This document shows positions 13,901 through 26,465 of a DNA stretch of 64,000 nucleotides, in pieces. The stretch's first letter is position 1, and each line of letters opens with the position of its first letter. The stretch comes from Camelus ferus. Taxonomy: Eukaryota. Under the pieces are notes generated by a model. The model saw only the letters and a program-made list of their open reading frames with translations. It ran no database searches and was not told the origin of the DNA. A program made the position numbers and the translations under genes. The stretch covers positions 4,714,001 to 4,778,000 of the forward strand of contig NC_045696.1 in assembly GCF_009834535.1 (NCBI RefSeq). The letters run 5' to 3'.

Positions 13901-16900
13901 TCCTAAGAATAGAAACAGAGGACATAGTTCGTAATGCCCTCCAGGAGAGCAGTGTTACCCTAACACCGACACCAGTTAAAAACATAAGGAAAAAAAAAAT
14001 ACGGAACAACTCCTCTGAACATAGGTACAAAATTCTCCAATGAAATATTAGTAGATCTAACAGTGTATAAAAAGAATTATACACCATGACCAAGTTGATT
14101 TATTCCAGGTATGGAAGGCTTTTTCAGCATTTGGAAATCAGTGACTATAACCCATCACATTAACAAGCTAAAGAAAAAAAAAATCATATGATCATAACAC
14201 TAGTGCAAAGAAAGCATTTGGTAAAACCAACATCCATGCCTGATAAAAAATTCCCAGCAAATTAGGAATATTGAAGAACTTTCTCACCTTGAAAAAGAAT
14301 ACAGATGGTCCCAAACTTATGAAGGTTCCACTTATGATTTTTCAACCTTTCAATGGTGTGAAAGAGATATACATTCACGTTTTGAATTTTGATCTTTTTC
14401 CCGGCTAGTGATATGCAGTATGATATTCTATTCTTATGCTGGACAGAGGCAGTGAGCTGCAGCTCCTGGTCAGCCATGCAATCATGAGAGTAAACAACAG
14501 ATATATCCACTTTATACCAATACAGTCATTCTGTTTTTCACCTTCAGTTCAGAATTTAATAAATTACGTAAGATATTTAACACATTATTGTAAAACAGGC
14601 TTTATGTTAGATGATTTTGCCCAACTATAGACTAATATATATGTTCTGGACACATTAGAGGTAGGTAGGGCTAAACTATGATGTTTAGTGTGTTAGGTGA
14701 ATTAAATGCTTTTTTGACTTATGATATTTTCAACCTACAAGGGATTTATTAGAACATAACTGATTGTAAGTCAAAGATCTATACCTACAGAATATTTATA
14801 GCAAACATCATACTTAATGGTGAGAAACTAAGTGCTTTCCCTCTAAGATTGGGAACAAGGCAAGGATGTATGTCCTTTCCCACCACTCCTACTCACCATC
14901 ATACTGGAATTCCAAGCTAATGCAATAAGACAGGAAAAGGAAATAAAAGATATGCAGATTTGGATGAGAGAAATAAAACTGTCTTTGTTCAAAGGTGACA
15001 TATTATCAATTTAGAATATCTCAAAGAATAAACAACTCCCGAAACTAATAACTGGTTATAGCAAAGTTTCAGGATACAAGTTAATATCTGAATTCAATTG
15101 CTTTCCTATATACTAGCAATAAATTATTGGGATTCAAAGTTAAAGACACCATACCATTTCCATGAGCACCAAGAAAGAGAAACATTTAGGCATTAATCTA
15201 ACAAAATAGGTACGGAATTTACAAACACTAACTCTGACTAAAGAAATCAGAGAGCTACATAATTGGAGAAATATTCCATATTCATGAATAGAGAGATTCA
15301 GTCTTGCTGAAATGTCAGTTCTTTTCAACTTGTTTTATAGATTCAGTGCAATCTCAATGTAAAAAACCCAGCAAGTTAATTTTTGCATATCAGTAAATTG
15401 ACTCTAAAGTTATGGAAAGTCAAAAGACTCAGAATAGCCAACTCAATATTGTAGAAGAACAAAGTTAGAGCACTACCACTACCTGACTTCAAGAGTTCCA
15501 GTGATTGGGCCATTTTGGGATTGACAAAAGAATATTCAAATAGAATAATGGAACAGAATGGGGAGCCGAGAAACAGATCCACATAATTATATTCAACTGA
15601 TTCTTGACAGCAAAGACAGTTTAATGGTGAAAAGACAGTCTTTTCAATAAATGGTGCCAAACACAATTGGACGTCCATATTAAAAAAAGAATCGAGACAC
15701 AAAATTTAACAAAAATTTTACAAAACTTGATTTTACAAAAGTTACTCAAAATAAGTTACAGACTTAAATATAGATGCAAAACTATATAACTTCTAGAATA
15801 TACTATAGTAGTAAATCTGGGTGACCTCAGATTTTACTCGGTTATTACTTTTAAGATAAAACCACAAAAGCATGATCCATGAAAGAAAAAAAATAGGATG
15901 TTGGGCTTCATTAAACAGTTATGCTCTGCAAAAGACAGTGTTAAGAGCATAATAAGACAAGCCACATACTAGGAGAAGATCTTTGCAAAACAATGATCTG
16001 AAAAATATTTGCATTGCAAATAAAAAAAGAACCTTTGAAATTTAACAATAAGAAAACAAAAATCCAATTTTAAAAGGGCCAAAGACATGAACAGACATTT
16101 CACCAAGAAAATACATGTGGATGACAAATAAGCATATGAGAAGATGCTCAACATCTTATATCATTGGGGAATTGCAAATTCAGACAATGATGAAATACCA
16201 CTATGTATCTATAAAAATGACTAAAATCCCAAAACCTGACAGTACCAAATGCTGATGAGGATGTGGAGCAACAGGAAGCTTTCTTTCATTGCTGGTAGGA
16301 ATACAGAATGATAGAGCTGCTTTCAAAAAAGGCTGACAGTCTTTCAAACTAAAGGAAGTCTTACTGTACCATCCATTAATCACGTTCCTAAGTATTTAGT
16401 CAAATGAGTGGATAACTTATGTCTACACAAAAGCATGCGCACAAGTCATTATTGAAATTTTACTTGTAATTGCTTCAAATTGGAAGCAACCAAAATGTCC
16501 TTCAGTAATTGAATGGGATGTGCAAACTGGTGCATCCATACAGTGGAATATTATTTAGTGAAAAAAAGAAATATGTTATCAAACTACAAAAAGACATGGA
16601 AGAATCTTACATGTGTACTACTAAATGAAGACAGACAGTCTGTAAAAGTTATAGACTGTATGATTCCAACTGTATGACATTCTGGAAAAGTTGAAACTAC
16701 AGAGACAAAAAGATCAGGGGTTTGAGGCAAGGGCCAGAGAAAAATACGTTAAACAGGATTTTTAGGGTAGTTAAACTATTCTGTATGATGGACCGTGATG
16801 GTGAATACATGACATTATGCATTTATCAAAACCCATAGAATGTACAAGACAAAGGGTGAAGCTTACCATAAAGTAGGTACTTTATTTAATAATGTATTAA

Positions 16901-16931
16901 TAGAGGTTTATTAGTTGTAACATATTTACCA
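10951..16931 (+). mobile_element. Near full-length decayed L1MC (L1MCa-like 5' end, L1MC2-like 3' end)
   Basis: ORF1-like ORF 11909-12148; ORF2-like ORF 13747-14043 (LNRPISIKEIESII, GPNGFTGEFYQLFKEE); 3'UTR tcaaaacccatagaatgtacaa; apparent deletion across the ORF1/ORF2 junction near 12840. Confidence 0.9.
14302..14781 (-). mobile_element. Tigger5b/MER47-family TcMar element nested in L1 ORF2
   Basis: TA|cagatggtcccaaacttatga...gatgattttgcccaact...gtaagtcaaagatcta|TA; L1 sequence resumes on both sides. Confidence 0.88.
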
Positions 16932-17014
16932 AGCATCTCACAGGGTTTTAATAGAGAAAGGTCCATGGCGCCAGACCAGGATTGGCAAATCATTTTTTTA
17001 ACTTATCTTTTAAA

Positions 17015-17149
17015 AATTATTAGAATTTATTTCTCTAACAGTTGTAGAAAAAGTAACTTTATAGAAAAAAATGAGTAGATTGTACAGAATCCCCTTACAC
17101 CACTCTCTACCTCTTCCTGCAATTTCCCTATTAACATCTTGTATCAATG
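17015..17149 (-). mobile_element. Inverted terminal part of the L1MC 3'UTR
   Basis: Reverse complement reads cattgatacaagatgttaatagggaaa...ctgtacaatctactcatttttttctataaa, the segment missing from the end of the upstream L1MC. Confidence 0.8.
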
Positions 17150-18021
17150 TGGTAAGTTTTCATTTGTTTGAAGAGAGTGTTTTTCCAAGAAATCAAGCTC
17201 CAGTGTCAAATATACAAGGCCACTTGACATAGGGAAGGTAGATTATTTTTATTTTCCTTATATACTATTACACTTGAGACTTAGCAGTGACATCTGATCA
17301 GGCAAAAGCTAGTTTAAACCAGCAAGAGCCAAACTGGCTTAGAAATGATTGCAAAAATATTTTCTGTATGTTGTCAGTGCTTACTGTTTATGAAAGGAGA
17401 ATTGTGTGAAATGATTGTAGATTCTGAAAATAGGTCAAAGTATTAGGGTTGGTAAAAGAAGATACATATATCAATTAGTTTATATATATTATGTATATGC
17501 CAATACATAATAAATTAGTTTTCTTCCATATCATATGTGTGTGTGTGTGTGTGTATAATCTGGAAGAGCCTTAATTACAAAGAATTATAAAGCGTTTTGT
17601 TTTAAGGGCAAGACAAGTGCAGAAGACAATGCTATTTATTTTATTTTTAACATAACATCACATTGACTCACCTTTTATCTTGTGATGGATTCTGAAACAC
17701 TGAGGAACACAGCTATGCATATATTTGTATGATATATTCAAGAAATGAGGCCTACATGAGCTGTTTTATTTTTCCTGAAGAGTGATTTTAAGCTATGAAA
17801 CTGTCATGTGATCCAGGCCTTAAATCACAGAAGAAGCATTTTATTGCCCTTAAAATTTGTCTGAATAGAGTTCAGTAGTTTTTCTTAATGTATAAATTTG
17901 GTATCATCTAGATTGTTTGGGGGGATTAATGTTCAAGAATATTTTCTTGCTGCAAGGAATCACCACAATTCTGTATTCTGTTTTCTTTTGTTGTTATTGT
18001 TTTTTCCCCCAGGATACTTAC

Positions 18022-18123
18022 CTGTAAATCATACAGCCTATTTACTCTTCCCAGCCTCTCCAGTAAAGACCTTTGGTTTCTCATGTTGTAGAACTCTGAA
18101 TAGACAAGAGTTTCCTTTTTTCT
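18022..18123 (-). other. Candidate 102-nt exon, gene unidentified
   Basis: Acceptor ttattctgttcag|AG; perfect donor CAG|gtaagtat; only phase 0 is open (RKKETLVYSEFYNMRNQRSLLERLGRVNRLYDLQ). Confidence 0.3.
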
Positions 18124-20244
18124 CTGAACAGAATAAATTAATAACTGAAAAATGCAATAAACTCTGACCAAGTGTGAGCATCAAGGCTCTTGAGTAGCCT
18201 CAGATTCATCACCTTCCACCTGTCAGTGAAATAAGAATATTGGCTCTAATATGCTTTAAAATTAATACTTTTTTAAAAGATTGTTATTTATAGGAAGCAA
18301 GTTTGTATTTGAAAGTAAGTATCAGGAAGTTTGATAGTATGACCAATCCTGTGAATATAAAATCATTTTTCTGAAACACCTACTTTTCCATAAACACTAT
18401 TTTTATGGAACAAGAGAGATGGCCACGTTGATGTGTCAGTATCAGGGTATTTCTTGCTCAAACTCACGTACCGTTTCAAGGTGTGTCCCTAGTGCAGGGC
18501 TCAGGAAACCACTGCAGGGGCGATGGGCTGCTCAGAGTGCTTTGTCTCCCTAGTCTTTTTCCAAAGTAAAGTCAGAGGCCAGCTGGGAAATAAGAAAAAA
18601 ACTACACACACACACACAGAACAAAGAGACCACAATTTGCTGGAACATATATTCCATTAGCAATAGTGACGACATTAGATGCCAGAATACTGCATCTTGT
18701 CTGTATCATAAACTTTGTCTAACAAAGAGTTTATCATCAGTGATGCCCATGTCCTAGGGCTATTGTGATATTGCAACCTGCTTGCTTCCTTTCTTTTTCC
18801 CTGTTTTCTTTCTTTTAAAAATGTTGAGTTTTCAGAACTTTCCTTCTAATATAACATTGAATAGAATTTGGATCTGGTCCCCTTATAAACCAGAACCTGT
18901 ATGTGATGTGTGGTTGACTTGTGCCTCCTCTTTTTGGCTTTGTTCTTTATAGAGTTGGCCAGAGAAGCAATGAATTAAATATGAGCTGATCTGGTAAGCA
19001 AAATACTGAACACTTTCCTCTCCAAGAAAGAAACCATTTCACTTAAGAAGTACCTGTAACATTTATAGTTTGTGTGGATGAAATGGAAGTAAACAAATCA
19101 AATGTGACTTTCTTGTGGGTGAAAAAGTTTTTCTAGCTGCTATTCCAGTATAAGTAAATGCACACACATAGGTGTGTGCATCTGTGTAGTTTTGATCTTC
19201 TCAGCAACTCAGTCTATTTTGAATAACCGTGTTACAAATATATCAAAACACTGCTGTGGCACTGTTTTGAAATGGTATTCAGCCAAAGTCAGGGATCTTT
19301 AACAGCAAGGTGGAATGTCACACATGTTGTTCAGTACATTCAGAAGACCATCCCTGAAAGTTTATGACAAATTTCAAGTGAGAAAATAAGAGTGGCTCTA
19401 GTTGTTTATAGTGACAATAAGTTATTAGGAAGGATAAATTATGTTGGGGGGTGGCCCTGAAGAATTGATGGACCTCAGGTAAGAAAGCGCATTCATGCTC
19501 CTGACCAAGCGGACCTGCGTGCTCTGTGCTGCGTGGGGAGCCTGGCTGTCCCTTCAGCAGCGCAAGCCTGCGTATGCCTTCCAGTAGATATGTTTCCTTA
19601 TAACCCAGTATGTGCCTTTCCCTAGCAAGTTCTTAATGCAAAGAAGCAAATATAATTATGTATTCCTCTGTTCATCCATTGTGACATACTTACCATGGAC
19701 TCAGTGCTGTCTCAGATTAAATTCTGAAAAGAGTCAATTTCTGGTACATAGAGGTAGATGGATGGGATGGGGAGAAATGAATAAGGATGATAAAGTAAAA
19801 GGTGAACATAAGGACACGTGGCAGTGCCAAGGAGGGCATGATCAGTGCTGCCTGGGGCCGGAGGGACTTCAGAAAGTGCTGAAGAGGGGAGGTGAACTTA
19901 GTGACTGTAGATTACCTCACCTAACCCAGTTCCTGCCCGCTATCCCATCAGAAAGCATGCAGAGTTAGGGCCGAGAGCATGGAACATTCTCAAGCGATAC
20001 CCCTTAAGCATTAGAAGTACCCGCCAGAAGGACTGGTTGCTTTATTGGCATCAGCTCCTGAACAGTACCACCATCACAGGAATCTGTTCCTGCTCCTTGG
20101 TTCCCATCGCTGTGCCCTGTTGAGATACCACATTTTTGCGCTGTAGGCAGCTTGGTTGTGGTGTGGCAAGTGGCACTGGGTCGTGGCCCCCTCTGCTCCG
20201 GCATCCTCTCTCCATTATCACCTTCAACATTATCACAGAAGCTA

Positions 20245-20485
20245 CCATTTATTCAGCCCCCACATTCCATGCAAAACATTGCATTAATGGTCTTACAAAT
20301 GTCGTTTCACTTAATACTCACAACAATCTAATGAGACAGTGTTGAGTGTTTTTATTTTTCAGATGATAGAATGTGAGAGATTCAAAGATGTAAGTGCCTT
20401 GCCCAAGGTCAAATTCCAAATAGGACAGAACCAGTATTAATACCCATGTGAGCGGACTCCAATCCCAGGCACCCATCTACCATGA
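20245..20485 (-). mobile_element. MIR SINE
   Basis: ttcacttaatactcacaacaatctaatgag...ttttcagatga...gccttgcccaaggtca. Confidence 0.85.
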
Positions 20486-21994
20486 TGTCCTGCCAATCTG
20501 TGTCACACACACGTGCCGGTCACCTTTCAGTGACTCATGGCTCTGCAGAAGCTCCCAGCAACACATTTCTAAATCCTACTGCACAGTGTATATTATGCCA
20601 AATCTAGTATTGGTTATGCTTTTTTCTTTTTTACATTTTAGAGGGTGATCCTTTTTTGACCTTATTCCAATCTTTTTTTTCAGCGAGGGCATCTTCCAAT
20701 AGACTTTACAGATGAAAACAATTCCTCATGATTTTCAATAGTATAGCGCATGCATTCAACTGAAAAGGGACTTATGAGAAATAGCAGAATTTTGTATCAA
20801 ATATTCTGTAGTGTATAAGCGGACTGAAGTGATTTTCTGAAAATAAGTGAAACACAAGAAAACAACAATAAATAACATGACACTGTCTAACCTGAATTCC
20901 CAGGAGCAGATTTAAGATTCCGCTTTGGAATATTAGAGTCAGTGGAAAACATGCAGATAAGTGCCAAAGTTAGCAGCTACTTAAGATCTAAGTCTAACTC
21001 AATGATGAACACCAGAAAAGGGTCACCTGGAAATTTCAGCCCATGTGTCATGTGTTTAAAGGGTGCGCACCTGGTCAGATTACTCTGCCTAGGAGTTCTA
21101 GGACTGAACAGTGACATGATGTCAAGAACTCTCGTGAACAGGGTGTGGTTGTGAGGCCAGCTGAGCGAGTTAAAGTGTAGTTTCTCACATTAGAAATTGA
21201 TGAGACATCAAGGGTCAAGGGCAGCCACGCAGCCTTTCTCTCCTTGCACACGACACATGTCAGCAACTTGCTGTTGCCTCCCCCCCAGTTCCTCCACACG
21301 CCCCCTGGTCGTGCTTGGACCTGAAAGTGAGTCTGGATCGCCATTCCTGGTCTTAGAACACCTGTGAGCCCTGCCTTCCTGTCCATACCTTCCCCCCTGG
21401 TATTGTGTGGAGCCACAGTGAAAGCTGGGAGATGGAAAAGCATGGTCTGTGCAGTTGGCCCAGACCAGGGCTCTGATCCTGGCTCTACCTTTCGCTCGTC
21501 AGTGATCTCGGACAAAACACCATCCTTAATATTTCTCTTTCCAGAGACTTAAAACTGAATGATGGTGTCAGATCTTTTCAGTTTCATGATATTGAAGCAT
21601 ATTATGTGAAGGTGGGGTTTGGAAGGCTGACAGGTGAGCCTGCCAAGTCATGATGACTTAAGTGTAGGAATTTGCACTTTATTCTATGGGTCAGTAATTT
21701 CAAAAATTACTAATAGCAGAGACTTAATAACAAAAATAACATAGCAAACCTTTTTTGTGAAGTACCAACATAAAAAGTATATACTTTAATTCATATGTAT
21801 TCAGTGTGGTTTAAGTCAATCAAAAAGTTTCTGAGGCAGTTGCAAACTTCAATTTTGGGGAAGGAAATATTTGTCCTGATTTTGAACAATTCAGGATCTG
21901 TTTTTGTTCTTTAAACATTTAAGTTAGACAGATGTATTTTGTTTTGTGTGTTCCCAAATCTTAATTCAGTTGAATCACTAATACACTCTGCCGT

Positions 21995-22508
21995 TCATTG
22001 ACTCAACAAATATTTATTGAGTGCCCGTGATGAATTCCTAGGAGTTTTTATAAGGGCTGGGGCAGAGATTTGTAAGAATGAGATCTGTTCCTTCATGGGG
22101 CTTATTTACATTCTGTAAGAAAGACAATCAATTTATAATCAAAAGGGATTCCGACAAGAGTGCTGAAGGCAATGACCCAGGCTAATGTGCTGAGAGGACC
22201 TGGGGTGGAGGATGATAGAAGAGAATAAGAGTTCTCTAAGGGTTCTCTGAGCAAGTGAGACTTTAGTCAGACCTGAGTGAGAAGGAAGAAGCCTGGCAGA
22301 GGGAACAGCATCAGCAAAGGTGGAGAAGTAGGAAGGAGCTCAGTGTACCTGAAGGACAGGGAGAATGGCTGCTTCAGAGAGAACAGGTCAGGAGGAGGAT
22401 GGCTTAAATGTGAAGTGGGAGAGACTGGCAGGGCAGAAATTAAGTTGAGCCTTGTAGACTTACGTTGAGGCATTCACGCTTTATTTTAATTGCAGAAGGA
22501 AGCCACTG
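21995..22508 (-). mobile_element. L2 3' region
   Basis: ttcattgactcaacaaatatttattgagtgcc...ggcagagggaacagcatcagcaaagg...gaagccactg. Confidence 0.82.
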
Positions 22509-22914
22509 CCCCAAACCAAGTAAGTTTGCCCTTCTGCTACCAATTTGAATCTCTTCTGCTTATTAAAAATGTCATTAAGATGCACAAGCCCATGCAACTA
22601 TGTGGTAATTGATTGACATTTAGCTAATGGGGTTTCTTTATCCATCACCTATAAAGATGATGATTTCCAGTCTTTTGGAATAACTGGTACCTTGACTTAG
22701 GAAAAACATCAGAACTCCTTGGGGAACAGTCATATTCTAAGGCTAATTTCTTATCTGAAAAAAATATACCATTTGCATATGTAAAAGTCAGATTAAAAAA
22801 TAACAAAATTACATTTAGTGCTAAAACTCTATTGTGCTATCATCCCCATCCTGGAAGGTGTAGACCTCCTTAAATGTGGCATATGTAGCAATTCCGAATG
22901 CCCCTGGGCAGCTG

Positions 22915-23130
22915 GGCTGTGAGGAAGAGTCCGGGCTGAGTGAGGTCTGAGTGAGGCCCTGCCACTTCTTGCTGTGTTTTTCTTGGGCAGATCATGTGAT
23001 TTCTATGGCATGCAATTCTCTCATTTGTAAAATGGGGCTGGTGTCGGTTTCATAGATGTACTAGAAGGGTTCAGCAAGCTGACGTGTAGGGGAATGATTG
23101 ATAAGCTGTTAAAATGTCATTATAAGTCCA
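22915..23130 (+). mobile_element. MIR SINE
   Basis: ctgccacttcttgctgtg...ttgggcagatca...ctcatttgtaaaatgggg core. Confidence 0.72.
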
Positions 23131-24009
23131 AGGCGATTTCTCCAAATGTCCTGGACCATTCGTATTGTCAATGTGATTAAGATATTGAAATGGAAATCAT
23201 TAAATTAGAATTCAGCATGTCCCCACCATAGCCACAAACAGTGCCCTGGGATGACTCTGGAAGTCCCTGAATACCCATCCTCTGTAGGCTCACTTGGTTC
23301 TTTCAGAACTCATGTTGAATAGAATTACGCCGAGAATCGTAACCCTGGTGCACACTTTCCTTCTCTCAGCATAACTTACCCTCCCAGGGCAGTCCCTCTG
23401 TGTGTTTCAAACATTTCTAATAGAATCCAAGCTAAATGATGTTTTCTGACTTTAATCAAATGAATGTATGGGTTTCGGTGATAAGGAGACTTTTAACAAA
23501 TGATTTTATATAAAACCAGTGTTGCGTGTTGAGGTAGCACGTGGTGGCTCGGTCCTTCTTTGGCAGTGGTGCTGATGGCTGTTTTTGTTTGTTGGCACCA
23601 TAAATACACATCTCCCTGTGCTCCAGAGTCCCTTCCTCATCAGAAGGAAGATTTGTGGTTTCTTTTCTGCCATCCTTTATCAGGTCCACCTGATGGGAGG
23701 TTTTAGATGATTATTTAAGTTGGTGATGTTGGGAGACCTCTAGAAGGTTGTTTTTTTAACATATGAATTCAATCAGCTGAAATCCTGATGCTGACTATAT
23801 TTGCTTTCTTTAATTTATTATAGTTGAGTTTTCTCTTCCTGTGAACATCATTTGCTCAGATCAGGCTTTCACCAAGTCCCTACTCGGGTGTGAGAAGGAA
23901 ATCTCTGTTTTGCAGGCCTTCTCTTTTCCTACCTTTGTGAGATTTCAGTCAGTGGGAGAACCTTTGCCTTCATGGACAGGAGGTAGGATGACCCAGACAG
24001 GATGGGAAG

Positions 24010-24130
24010 GTCTAAAGACTTGAGTTCTAGCTCTTTCTCCAGCCCCAAGCACATGTGCTGGGACTTCATTTCCTGAGGGCGCCATCCCCTTATCTGAACA
24101 AGAGGGCCACTGGACTGCAAGATGGTCATG
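24010..24130 (+). mobile_element. MIR3-like fragment
   Basis: gacttgagttctagctct...cttatctgaacaagaggg...tggact. Confidence 0.45.
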
Positions 24131-24334
24131 TCTCTTTTTTCCAAATGATCAAAGCCCTAGGGTTTTCTTTATTCACGTCAGATTTCTGAAATTGAGAGTA
24201 GTGTCACAGAACTGGCAAAGTCAGAAAACTCTTTATGTGAAAAGGGCTATTGGAAAAACTGAAAAAGTGCCCCAGAATTTTCTCTTAGCCCGAGAAAAGC
24301 CCATCGCTTCACTCCAGTCTCACTCAGCCATTGG

Positions 24335-24560
24335 CTGTCTCCTTCTGGAAGCACTCCCACTGCCCTGGCTGCCAGCACCGCATCACTGTCCCTCTTCTCA
24401 TGCTGCCTTCCTGAAGAGTGATCGCTACCTCATGGTACGTGATACACTGCTGTGTCTGCTGTTTGTCCTCTTCAGAAGGGAAGCTCCTGAGGGACAGGGC
24501 TCTTCTCTGCTCAGCTCGCTGCTACTGTGTCCCCTGCACAGTGCTCAAATCCATGAGTGA
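24335..24560 (+). mobile_element. L2 3' fragment
   Basis: gaagctcctgagggacaggg...tgtgtcccctgcacagtgctcaa. Confidence 0.6.
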
Positions 24561-24789
24561 CGACCGGGTGACTGATTTACGTTCATTACCCCTCTCTCTG
24601 AAAGGTTACCTGGAGTACGTCTCTCAGAGATAGAGCTGAGGAAAGAGAAGAACCCTGGCCCCCAGCCTGGGTAGCTGGATGGCTTGGACTAGAAACAGAC
24701 CCTCTAAGTTGTTTTCTCATCTAAGAGACTGATAATCTTTGGGTAGGGCTCTCGGTAGTGACATAATGTTCAAAAAGTTATCTTAAAAA

Positions 24790-25418
24790 AGAGGGGTGAG
24801 AGGGTTGAGAAAAATAAGTGAGGGAGATTAAGAGGTACAGACTTCTAGTTACTATACAAATGAGTCACAGGTATGAAATGTACAGTGCGAGGAATATAGT
24901 CGAAATGTAACATCTTTGTATGGTGATAGGTGGTAACTAGACATCATGGCGATCGTTTTGAAATGCATAGAAATATCGAACCACTGTGTTGTGTACCAGG
25001 AACTAACATAGTGTTGTAGGTCAATTATACTTCAAAAACAAACAAACAAACTCATAGAAAAAAGAATCAGATTTTGGCAGGAGTTGGAGGGGAGGGGGAG
25101 TTGGATAAATATGGTCAAAAGGTACAAACTTCCAGTTATAAAATAGTAAGTACTAGGGATGTAATATATGACATGATTAATGTAATTAAGACTGCTGTAT
25201 GTTACATGAAAGTTAAGAGAGTAAACCCTTTGAGTTCTTACCATAATATAATTTTTTTCTATTTCTTTTATTTTGTATTGATGTGAAATGATTGATGTTC
25301 ACTAAACTTACTGTGGTAGTCATTTCATGATGTATGTAAGCAAAATGTGTGATAACACTTTAACTTAATACAGTACTGTGTGCCAATTATATCTCAATAA
25401 AACTGGAAGGGAAAAATA
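24790..25418 (+). mobile_element. Laurasiatherian L1 3'UTR (L1MA9-derived type)
   Basis: Two related modules, aagaggtacagacttctagtta and aaaggtacaaacttccagtta; ends caattatatctcaataaaactggaa. Confidence 0.85.
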
Positions 25419-25524
25419 CAACGCGAATTTATTTTTAAAAAAGGAAGACACCAGGTATGGTCTCTTGTCAGTTTTTAAGTATTTTCAACTTTGAGACATA
25501 CTGTTCAAAATAATATTAAGTGAT

Positions 25525-25760
25525 ACCATTATTGCTATTACTAGCTATACTATCTCTCGGCAGGTTATTTTCCCAGCCACCTTTTAAATACATTATCCTA
25601 TTTACTCTTTCCAGTAATTCTGTGAAGTCAGGGCTGTTATTCACACCATTTATGTGTGAGAAATCTGAGAGTGTGCTTAACTTCCCTGATGCTCACACAG
25701 TTATCAAAGTGGTGGATCAAGAATTAGATCGTGATCTCAGTACACAGAGTAGAAGCCTTG
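25525..25760 (-). mobile_element. MIR SINE
   Basis: attatcctatttactcttt...ctgtgaagt...gagaaatctgag...aacttccctgatgctcacacag. Confidence 0.65.
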
Positions 25761-26293
25761 CAGAGACCTGTGAATGGTTAATGTGCCCAAGCCTGGGAGG
25801 GAAGGGGATCTAATAGTGGACCATAAAATAGGGGATATTATAAACTCACATTTTTCCAAAGTGTCACTGTCCAACATTATATTAATATTCCATTTTAAAA
25901 TATTCCATTTTTATATATTCTTGAGTAAGATGCAGACTTAGTATATGCATCTAGGCCTTTGACTCCAGGCATGGCCTTTCCTTTGGGTATGAAAACTGTT
26001 TCGTATTGGGTCCATTTCTTAGGTGCCCTGGGGCTTCAGATCAAGCATGTGGGCTGTCTTACTAACTGGCAGAAACTGCCTGCCAGTCTCCATCAATTCA
26101 ATTCTGGGGAAGAGGGGTTATATGCTTAGATTTTAATGTTTTAGAAGAAACTGGTGGATGGAGGGAAAAGGATGTATTAATTTATAATGGTGGAATAAAA
26201 AGTAGAGCCATTCCATTTGTATAGAATTTTGGGCTATGCTATCCAGACATAAGCCACCAGAGGACAAAATAATATATGTCTATTATGTATTTC

Positions 26294-26465
26294 TTTTTTT
26301 TAATGAAGTATAGTTGATTTACAGTGTTATGTTAGTTTCTGGTGTACAGCATAGTGATATATTCTTTTTCACTATAGGTTATTATAAGATACTGAATATA
26401 GTTCCCTGTGCTATAGAGTAGGACCTTTCTGTTTATATATTTCATATATAGCAGTTTGTATCTAT
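26294..26465 (-). mobile_element. Short artiodactyl-type L1 3' end
   Basis: T tract followed by gaagtatagttgatttacagtg...gaatatagttccctgtgctata. Confidence 0.88.
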
